Source: a bacterium
GTDB taxonomy: Bacteria; Electryoneota; Electryoneia; Electryoneales; Electryoneaceae
DNA: 64,000 nt
NCBI GenBank assembly: GCA_963669175.1
Contig: OY769902.1
Coordinates: 1,184,001-1,248,000, forward strand
Direction: 5' to 3'
A model generated the notes under the pieces. It made no database searches and had not been told where the DNA came from. It saw only the letters and a list, made by a program, of their open reading frames with translations. This document shows positions 10,101-17,192 of the stretch, in pieces. The position numbers and the translations under genes were made by a program. Positions within the stretch are counted from its first letter, which is position 1; each line of letters starts with the position of its first letter.

Positions 10101-11175
10101 CCTGCATAACAGCTACCAGATGGATATAGCCGATGGCATAGACGCGAATGCTGGCGCATACACCTGGATCATGCCGGAAGAGGTTGAACCCGGTAATGGC
10201 TATCGCATTTACATCGAATCCGATGACGATGCCGATGTGAATGATCTGGGCGATAACTTCACCGTGGTCGGTGGAAACGAACCAGGCGAGCTGGAGGTTA
10301 CCGGACCGGGTCAGGGCGATGAGTGGGTAGTTGGTGAGGATGGTCAGATTACCTGGACCGCATTGAATGTGGACGGCACCATTCACCTCGAACTCTACCT
10401 GCATAACAGCTATGAAATGGATATCGCCAGCGGTGTGAATGCCGATGCGGGATCGTATACCTGGATCATGCCGGAAGAGGTTGAACCCGGTAATGGCTAT
10501 CGCATTTACATCGAATCCGATGACGATGCCGATGTGAATGATCTGGGCGATAACTTCACCGTGGTCGGTGGATACGAACCGGGCGAGCTGGAGGTTACCG
10601 GACCGGGTCAGGGCGATGAGTGGGTAGTTGGTGAGGATGGTCAGATTACCTGGACCGCGCTGAATGTGGACGGCACCATTCACCTCGAACTCTACCTGCA
10701 TAACAGCTATGAAATGGATATCGCCAGCGGTGTGAATGCCGATGCGGGATCGTATACCTGGATCATGCCGGAAGAGGTTGAACCCGGCAACGGTTATCGT
10801 ATTTACATCGAATCCGATGACGATGCCGATGTGAATGACCTGGGTGATAACTTCACCGTGGTCGCGGGTGGTGGCGGTGGGCCGACCAGCATCGAGGTGA
10901 CCAGTCCTTCCAACAACGACCATTGGTCCATCGGCGGTACGTATACCATCGAATGGGAATCGGAAGACCCGGTCGGTACGGTGCGTATCGACCTGTACCA
11001 TATCAACACGTTCGAGATGAGCATCACCGATGATATTGACATGGTAAACGGGCAGTACCAGTGGACCATTCCCGAGAATGCCCCGACGGGGAATGGGTAT
11101 CGGATTTACATCGAAAGCAATGTTGATCCAGACGTCAACGACCAGAGCAGCAACTTCTGGATCGATGAAGAATAG
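7168..11175 (+). CDS. Large acidic lipoprotein with 13 tandem ~100-aa Ig-like (Kre9/GPI-anchored-like) repeats
   Basis: Lipobox FLG-C; 13 repeats of EVTxPGxGDxW...IxW...LDLY...YTWTVP...GYRIY. Confidence 0.85.
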   Translation: MCGKWTCSLACLLFLLAGSAGFLGCEDAVEELLPSLEIEAPGNGDHWEAGLDSSGVIRWQYSEFAGSVHIDLYRNDVYVQTIADSVNISDTILIWTPPFNLEAGQGYQVFLEAYTNAEVSDLSDAFHMDAPRNPPAIEVTSPRGGTKWEVGLEDDALIEWEYQLVEGLIRIDLCRSDTVVTMIADSVALEDSSYTWTVPQATDPGSQYQVCITSLTDSTVFDFSTNFQIQEYDSTQSLEIVSPSGGDRWMVGLVNGATVEWENHHVDGTVTLELHNGNDFVALIGDEIEASALMFSWTVPEEVEPGNGYRIYIESNDNPDINHTGHNFQIEPYDDTPMLEVTSPGQGDSWQVGVEDGAPIEWAYANVTGTIKVELYLHNDFVQTILDTIPVDSGGYSWTVPGDIEPGHGYRVYVESHDNPDVNNLGSNFEIEPYGSTSSIEVTEPGSGTRWPQVEPDAAVIEWVYENLNGTVNIDLYFDGEFVLNIADEVAVDELTYAWTVPLSVSPDRGYQVYIESNEDEYVSDMGREFRIDPPADEMSLDVTEPGGGTRWMIGEENGAIIEWESENLEGTLRLDLYDRDGFVAEIASEVDVTSGTYFWTVPGTVPPDNGYTVYAESNLYDYVNDESNSFRIDPPEDPATLEIASPGQGDTWIIGEENGAVIEWTSENLTGTLKFDLYRANSFVVTITDCVAVEAGSFTWTVPNSVDDANNYHIYAESNELAYVNCESRNFRIDPNPNPMEIEVTTPGPGDRWTVNEQDGALIEWEYSGFEGTVTIDLYQDDVFVMNIATAVQVADLSYTWTVPTAAGSGQHFAVYVASDTEPDVHDFSREFRIDPADEDWEIEVTAPGQGDSWLVGEEGAITWTYANVTGTISIDLYLHNGYVRDIVDGVNVANGSYTWTMPLEVEPSNGYRIYIICDDNAEVDDLGSNFTVVGDDEPGELEVTGPGQGDEWVVGEDGQITWTALNVDGTIHLELYLHNSYQMDIADGIDANAGAYTWIMPEEVEPGNGYRIYIESDDDADVNDLGDNFTVVGGNEPGELEVTGPGQGDEWVVGEDGQITWTALNVDGTIHLELYLHNSYEMDIASGVNADAGSYTWIMPEEVEPGNGYRIYIESDDDADVNDLGDNFTVVGGYEPGELEVTGPGQGDEWVVGEDGQITWTALNVDGTIHLELYLHNSYEMDIASGVNADAGSYTWIMPEEVEPGNGYRIYIESDDDADVNDLGDNFTVVAGGGGGPTSIEVTSPSNNDHWSIGGTYTIEWESEDPVGTVRIDLYHINTFEMSITDDIDMVNGQYQWTIPENAPTGNGYRIYIESNVDPDVNDQSSNFWIDEE
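9982..10863 (+). repeat. Three near-identical 297-bp intragenic tandem repeats
   Basis: Units start at 9982, 10279 and 10576. Confidence 0.95.
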
Positions 11176-11217
11176 TTGAAGGGGGGAGTGGGCAAAGTTG
11201 AAAACTGCGGAGAGCCT

Positions 11218-11458
11218 GGGTGGCCCAATCCGCAAGTGACAAATTCTCGATCACAACTGAACCTGGAATACTCTAAAGAAATCGCAAAACAGGACGAATC
11301 TGTGAGCGCATCGGTACAAGTCTGGTCCTGGGAGCTTCAACAGGAAGATTCAACCTTTTCCCGATGCGCTAATTAATGTTGATTGAATAAGAGATGTCGT
11401 GAGAGTATTCTTGCTGACTCCAAAGCTGAAGTTGCATCACCTGCGGATCGGGCCACCC
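11218..11458. repeat. ~242-bp inverted-repeat element (family B, MITE/REPIN-like)
   Basis: Ends GGGTGGCCCAATCCGCA...TGCGGATCGGGCCACCC; inverted homologue at 40924-41165. Confidence 0.8.
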
Positions 11459-11550
11459 AGCTTTCTTTACGTTTTTTACCTTTTTTACTTTCTTTACCTC
11501 TATCACTTACTATTAGGAAATATTTCCGGTAGGTTTTCAGTTGATAGTGG

Positions 11551-12381
11551 TTACTTTTTCTTGTCCTTTTTCGTTGTATCTTTTTGTTTATCTTTAGGTT
11601 TAAGGTCAGGATGATACTGCATCACCAGTTTCTGATATTGGACCACTGTACTACGTCCGAGTCCGGTAGTACGCACAATTTCCATCAGATTAAGTTCTTT
11701 GACCATCAGGAACTTGATGTTTTTGTAAGATCGCAAGTAACGACCCACCGCTTCAAGGGTATGCGTGGTCAAGCGAGCGATATCCGGTTCCGGATAGCCC
11801 TGTTCGTACAGGTCAATGATTGCGGCCTTGTGTGTGGGACGGCTTCCCTGGTCCAACATGATTCCTTTCGTCGGCAGGATGTCATCATGCGTTTCGTGAT
11901 ACTGTTGGATGTACTTGCCAATGGTCGTCAGCGACCGGTTCAACAACACACTCAATTCCGCGCCGCTTAATAACCCGCCTTGTTCGTACGCGCTTTTCAC
12001 CAACCGCGCCAGCACTGCAATATCCCTGTCGCGCTGTTTGCCCGCACCGTCTTTTCCATAGTGGCGACGAATACGATCAACCACATCTTCTTCAGTGACA
12101 AGCGGAAGAATGACGGTCTTCACCTCATAGTCTTCTACCCGTGTCCCATAGCTGGGCTTGTGGCACTGTGCACCTGTCGTACGCCACACAATACTGCCAC
12201 CGCTGCGTTGCTCGATATCCGGATAGAACTCACGGTGCAGTTGCATGATGTCATCCGCCACCATGGCCAAGACCTTGTGGCTGCCAAGAATCTTGTACTG
12301 CTCTTCCAACAACCGGATGATCGCAGTGCGAAAGTTCCGCTTCGGCAGGGATTCATAACGGTTCCGTACCTCAGTTTTCAT
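11551..12381 (-). CDS. DUF1670-like HTH protein B (276 aa)
   Basis: AYEQGGLLSGAELSVLL...PTKG..LDQG..PTHK motif; ATG 12381 with GGAGG RBS, overlapping the stop of protein A. Confidence 0.85.
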   Translation of the reverse strand: MKTEVRNRYESLPKRNFRTAIIRLLEEQYKILGSHKVLAMVADDIMQLHREFYPDIEQRSGGSIVWRTTGAQCHKPSYGTRVEDYEVKTVILPLVTEEDVVDRIRRHYGKDGAGKQRDRDIAVLARLVKSAYEQGGLLSGAELSVLLNRSLTTIGKYIQQYHETHDDILPTKGIMLDQGSRPTHKAAIIDLYEQGYPEPDIARLTTHTLEAVGRYLRSYKNIKFLMVKELNLMEIVRTTGLGRSTVVQYQKLVMQYHPDLKPKDKQKDTTKKDKKK

Positions 12382-13204
12382 GGACGCCTCCGCCACCTTG
12401 TCCCGCTCTTTTTTTTGAGGGATACTGTGCTTGCAACTGCTCCAGAAGTTCGACATAGCTTGTCGGCCAGTGATCACCCTGTTTGTATTTTGCAAACAGA
12501 TCCAGGTACTCACCCGTCAACCGTTCGCTCTGTTGAAGCAGACGGCTCAGGTCGGTCAGCTCGGTAATGTCATGGCTAAGCAGAAGCAACAAGCGTCCAA
12601 ACGTACTCACATAGCGCTTGATCGCAAACGCGCTGTGACGTGTCAGACGGATGATCTCATCATAGGTCCGGCCACCCAGGTACAAATCAACGATCCGTGC
12701 CTTGTGCGATAACCCACGCCCAATGTCATGGTCGTAGCCACGCGTATGCACCGTATTCCCGTCAGCAAGCAGCAACGCAATATCCTTGCGGATGGTCCGA
12801 TCTGAAACGTGCAGCAGACGACTCAGATCCTCCTGTGTCAGCAACCCACCCTGCTGGTACGTCTCTTCGGTTAGCCGAAGAATCCGTTGCTGACGAAGCG
12901 ATGAAGCGCCCAGTTCGCGCAGAACATCCAAGTCCTCAACACCGTCATCCAGTGTCAGTTCGACACGAATCAGGTCTTGTTCGCGTAAGGGACGACCGTG
13001 ACGAGCTTTCTTGGACGCACATAAAAAACGAAGCTTGCCAAGCGTTGACGGCATCGTACCGAACAAACAACGCTTGGCAAGCTCCAATATCCCCGTACTC
13101 GCAGCCGGTGAAAGCTCAAACTCGCGACGAAGCGAGTTCACAAACACCTGCTCCGGCGTCTTCTCCATACACCGGTCATACAGGCTCGTTGAAGTATGTA
13201 ACAT
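12371..13204 (-). CDS. DUF1670-like HTH protein A (277 aa)
   Basis: YQQGGLLTQEDLSRLL.VS.RTI..DI...TRG..HDIG.G.SHK motif; ATG 13204 with GGAGGA RBS. Confidence 0.85.
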   Translation of the reverse strand: MLHTSTSLYDRCMEKTPEQVFVNSLRREFELSPAASTGILELAKRCLFGTMPSTLGKLRFLCASKKARHGRPLREQDLIRVELTLDDGVEDLDVLRELGASSLRQQRILRLTEETYQQGGLLTQEDLSRLLHVSDRTIRKDIALLLADGNTVHTRGYDHDIGRGLSHKARIVDLYLGGRTYDEIIRLTRHSAFAIKRYVSTFGRLLLLLSHDITELTDLSRLLQQSERLTGEYLDLFAKYKQGDHWPTSYVELLEQLQAQYPSKKRAGQGGGGVHEN

Positions 13205-13303
13205 CTTGTCCTCCAGCATGTTACGCGATCGCTTCCGATTGCCAACCCGAATACAAAGGTCGCAAACAAGAAGCAAATCGCCAAACCTACCGGAAGTATT
13301 TCC

Positions 13304-16300
13304 TTATTTCAGGAGTACCATTCTACGGGTCAAGCTGACATTTTCTCCTTCCAATCGTACAAAATATGTCCCCGAGGCGACCGGCATACCCTGATCGTTA
13401 CATCCCTGCCACATGACCTGTTGTTGCCCCGCCTGTACAACGCCATCCACCAGTGTAGCTACTTTCCGTCCCAGTACATCATAGACCGCAAGGCTGATCT
13501 CGCCGGTATGGGGCGCGGAAAAGCGAAGTGTCGTCGCCGGGTTAAACGGGTTGGGATACGCGGAATGCAGTTCCCAGGTTGCTGGAAGTGTGTTCTCTGC
13601 CAGGGACGCAACCCGTTCATAATTGTCATTGTAGCGCATGGCATAGACATTGGCTTGCGTGGGTTCTTCGCCATCACCGCCACGATAGTCCAGCCAAGTC
13701 GCAAGGACACCGCCCTGACCATCGGAAGTGACAGAGGGTTCCTTCTGACGGTAGATCGCATTTGTCAAAACCATCCCATGTTCTACATAATCGGCAAGAG
13801 CAAGGGTGCCGTCAGACAGAATATGGGTGTAATACATGTCCACGTCACCGGGCATATAACTGTAAAAGCAGAATGTGATATACATGCCATTGTCGTCATC
13901 TTCACAGAAGCGTGGCGTGTATACTCCGGAATAGATGGACGTGTCAACCGGTGTGGGAATAACCACGCCTTCATTCGGGAAGAATATTGGCAGTCCGCTA
14001 TCATCAAATTTCTGGAATCGCAGGTTGTTGTCCTCGTCCCTGCCTGTCAGCCAGATCCAGCCATCCGACGTTGATCCCAGGTCCAGGTCAGTCCAGCCAT
14101 AGCTCATCCAGCCGGTATACACGCCATAGGTATCCCACTGACAAATGCCATCCATGTTCACACGTTGCGCCATAAGATCGGCCGGCCCACTTTCCGACCA
14201 GGATTGCAGCCACATGACCACGACGCCATCGTTGACCGCAGCCATACGAGCGCCAGGCATTCTGAGGTCTTCATCATATACGTTTAACGGATTTGGCCAC
14301 AGCGGATTGCCTTCGGTATCCAGGGCAAGGAGATGAAATCCACGGTTTTCCCGTTCGATATCTTCCTGCATGAACAGGATAAAAGTTTCGCCATCGGGCA
14401 TCACCAGGATCTGTTGCAGTTCCATTCCGGCTTGTTCCCGCTCGAAAGAAAAGCCTTCCGTTCCGTTCCAGAGTCGCTGCCCTTCAGTGGTGATGCGTTG
14501 AGCCTGGATTGTTCCGGTATTGTTCATATTCGTGTTGTTGAACACGTATACCACGACGGCATCACCGTTCGGCATCGGAGCAACTTTAACTTGGTCTGCT
14601 TCAAAGGGTTGCTGCAACGGATCAATCAGGACAATATCATCGTTCCAGGCAGCATTGCCGTCTTCATACATGCGCTGAATGTGCAACCTGTTCACAATAT
14701 TCGGATAGGGCTGATTGTAGGTAAATACGGAATAGACACCTCCTATGTGGTCAGGCGCTATTCCCAGCAATTCACCATACCACCCCGATTCGGCTTCCAG
14801 GTCCGGCAGGGACTGAGTCGAAACATGGTTACCGTTGTCCTCCCACAGGTATTCTCCCGTTTCCATATCCAGCCGTTGCAGTAAAGGCCGGAAGAAGGCC
14901 GAAGACAGGTAACGGCTGTCGGTCCAGCCGATAAAAGCATTTTCACCAGACAAAACAATATCAGGCGCGTAGACATCCCCATCGATCCCGGTATGCAGGG
15001 AGTGCAAATCATTGTAAGCAGGTTCGCCAGTCGTGAGATCCAGGGACTGGAACCGAACTCCACAAGCTGCGGGATACTGGTCACGTAACACCAGTTTTAC
15101 GGTTCCATCAGCCACAACAGGCTGATAGGAATCAGTAGTCAGAATATTTCGTCCATTGCCATAATCGGTGTCATCGTTCAACCACATCTCTTCACCGTTG
15201 GCGTTGATACGCTCGAGAAGAATCCGGTCGTCCAGATCAGCATCCACGCGATCCGTATGGATACCCACGACTACGCCTCCGTCACCATCGTACGCCAGGT
15301 GGAAATTAGCCGGGTTGATGAAAATGTCATTGAATAGTGTGATCCCGTTTCTGTCGTTGCCCCAGCATAGTTCGGCAACGCCGTCAGCATCCCTGACTTT
15401 TTGCACGACATTGAGCAGTGTCGGGCCGACCTCATCATGGATACGTGCTAGGAAAAACTCATTTTCTCCGCCCGGGATAAGGTCAAATTCGAAATAATGC
15501 GGGTACATGGAATCAATGGTCTCAGAAACAGGCACACCGCCATATTCCCATACGTTGCTGCCATCCGTATCGATATGTTGAGCGCGTATCTCCAGGTCCG
15601 CCATGTCCTTCCAGACTATGAACATTCCCCCCAGACCATCCAGGGTCATGTAGAAATGATAAGCGTACAGGTTTTCCGGGAATGAATAGACAATGGTTCC
15701 GGGCCACAACTGAACCCCGGTTTCATTCCACTTATGCGCGAAGATGGTTCGAGACTGGAAATCCATAGAGACGCTTAAGATGGAGCCATCGTCATCCAAT
15801 GCGACCTTTGCATTGCCTAGTGCGTTTTCCAAGGCATAGCCACTTGCGCCCCAGGTGTAATTCCCCTGGTTGTCGATGTACTGCACGTATGTCTGACTTG
15901 CGGCTTCCCAGGCGAACATGGCGCCGTCATCATTGGTGCCGGTCATCTGCAGGTCCAATCCGGGCCATTGAGTGGTGTCCTGGGTTACGATCAAGCCGTT
16001 ATCTTCCCACATGGGTTCGCCGTTGCTATTCAAACGCTGAACCACAAAATCCCATCGTCCCTGCTTGTGGACATCCCGCCGGAAATCACGCCAGCCAATC
16101 AACCAGTCACCGTTAGCGCATGCCTGGACAACGGGGTCTTGCTGGGCGGCGTGGAGGGTGGTAACCGCGATGCCATCTGCGTCCCATTGCGCTTCATCGC
16201 TGCTGTTGTATAGCTGCACAAATACGTTCTGGGATCCACCGCTGGCATCCGACCATGCTACCAGCCAGTATCCATCACCGTCAGCCGCTACGCCATGATG

Positions 16301-16441
16301 ATTCCACATGACATGATCGCCCTGACGCACAGCCACTCCATTCTCAGGTTCCCAGATGTTGAAACGTGCAAAAGCGAGCGAAGTAAAGACCGCGGGCAGC
16401 AGTAGTGAAAAAAGGATGACAATATGTAACCGTGAACGCAT
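13304..16441 (-). CDS. Secreted beta-propeller-like repeat protein with C-terminal sorting domain (array paralog 6)
   Basis: Signal peptide; repeated W.D.R...QR....G...W motifs; YPNPFNP...MVLLK; stop codon supplied by the element. Confidence 0.85.
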   Translation of the reverse strand: MRSRLHIVILFSLLLPAVFTSLAFARFNIWEPENGVAVRQGDHVMWNHHGVAADGDGYWLVAWSDASGGSQNVFVQLYNSSDEAQWDADGIAVTTLHAAQQDPVVQACANGDWLIGWRDFRRDVHKQGRWDFVVQRLNSNGEPMWEDNGLIVTQDTTQWPGLDLQMTGTNDDGAMFAWEAASQTYVQYIDNQGNYTWGASGYALENALGNAKVALDDDGSILSVSMDFQSRTIFAHKWNETGVQLWPGTIVYSFPENLYAYHFYMTLDGLGGMFIVWKDMADLEIRAQHIDTDGSNVWEYGGVPVSETIDSMYPHYFEFDLIPGGENEFFLARIHDEVGPTLLNVVQKVRDADGVAELCWGNDRNGITLFNDIFINPANFHLAYDGDGGVVVGIHTDRVDADLDDRILLERINANGEEMWLNDDTDYGNGRNILTTDSYQPVVADGTVKLVLRDQYPAACGVRFQSLDLTTGEPAYNDLHSLHTGIDGDVYAPDIVLSGENAFIGWTDSRYLSSAFFRPLLQRLDMETGEYLWEDNGNHVSTQSLPDLEAESGWYGELLGIAPDHIGGVYSVFTYNQPYPNIVNRLHIQRMYEDGNAAWNDDIVLIDPLQQPFEADQVKVAPMPNGDAVVVYVFNNTNMNNTGTIQAQRITTEGQRLWNGTEGFSFEREQAGMELQQILVMPDGETFILFMQEDIERENRGFHLLALDTEGNPLWPNPLNVYDEDLRMPGARMAAVNDGVVVMWLQSWSESGPADLMAQRVNMDGICQWDTYGVYTGWMSYGWTDLDLGSTSDGWIWLTGRDEDNNLRFQKFDDSGLPIFFPNEGVVIPTPVDTSIYSGVYTPRFCEDDDNGMYITFCFYSYMPGDVDMYYTHILSDGTLALADYVEHGMVLTNAIYRQKEPSVTSDGQGGVLATWLDYRGGDGEEPTQANVYAMRYNDNYERVASLAENTLPATWELHSAYPNPFNPATTLRFSAPHTGEISLAVYDVLGRKVATLVDGVVQAGQQQVMWQGCNDQGMPVASGTYFVRLEGENVSLTRRMVLLK

Positions 16442-16636
16442 CTTCCGTGCCTCCTGTCTGGGTAACCAAGATACTGTTGTTTTGTTCGCTAGTGGACCAT
16501 ATCAGGTGCAATGGTCCACTAGTATTGCCTCGTTCTGTCATCCCCATGCAACAGGTTGTAATGCAGCGGGCTGTTGCGCAATAAGTTTAAAGGCAACAGG
16601 TTGTAACAGAATAGGCAATACGCTTATCCCAACGTT

Positions 16637-16855
16637 GCAGACTGTATCAGAATAGAAAATATTCTCATCCCAGCGAAGCAGACTGTATCAGAATAGAAAA
16701 TATTCTCATCCCAGCGAAGGCTGGGATCCAGGCAAGTATCTACAAAATAACAATTTGGACACTTGAACGGCTCTCAATATACCGCGTTTCTTGACAACAC
16801 TTAACCTCTTGTAATATCGCAACATGACTGGATCCCAGCCTTCGCTGGGATGAGA
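16637..16855. repeat. 41-bp tandem duplication plus inverted REP doublet
   Basis: 16637-16677 equals 16678-16718; TCTCATCCCAGCGAAGGCTGGGATCCAG (16704-16731) is inverted at 16828-16855. Confidence 0.85.
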
Positions 16856-16913
16856 GCATCAGTGATTCTGAGACACCTTGATAGATTGGGATTCAGACAT
16901 ATAACTATCACCT

Positions 16914-16960
16914 GTTTCGTCAGGTCTTGCGCACATGATTTTCGTGCGTGTGACCTGACG
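16914..16960. repeat. Solo hairpin related to the internal unit of MITE A
   Basis: GTTTCGTCAGGTCTTG...TGTGACCTGACG. Confidence 0.6.
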
Positions 16961-17192
16961 CGATCAGCAAGTCAATTTCAAGCTGACGCAAGTCCGTGTG
17001 TCGTGTAAAGAACACAAAAACAATTTTTTACAACAGAATATCCGGCTCTTGACAAACAAACGCACGCGCTGCTCTCGGCTGGTACCGGAAACAGCGCGTG
17101 TCGGGTGTTGACTATGTACAGCAGTCGATTGGCAGCCTGTCTTCCACGCGTTTCCCCCCTTTGGGAAGCAGACCAACGCAACAACTGTCAAA

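Larger units (their letters stand above)
11509..13307 (-). mobile_element. 1799-bp two-gene DUF1670-like insertion element, copy 1
   Basis: Near-identical to 20369-22167; 22-bp IRs at 11515-11536 and 13283-13304; TT (AA on minus) at 11507-8 and 13308-9. Confidence 0.92.

Noticed and set aside
7876-11235. 1119-aa antisense ORF
   Set aside because: Shadow of the repetitive lipoprotein gene; no independent motifs
11512-13306. Reading the element as an IS5/Harbinger-like IS with 21-bp terminal IRs and a TTA target duplication
   Set aside because: TTA does flank both IRs, but this leaves the shared TTACTA outside the element unexplained and no DDE motif is visible. The AA-core model restores Lys+stop at both sites. 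Disfavoured, not formally excluded.
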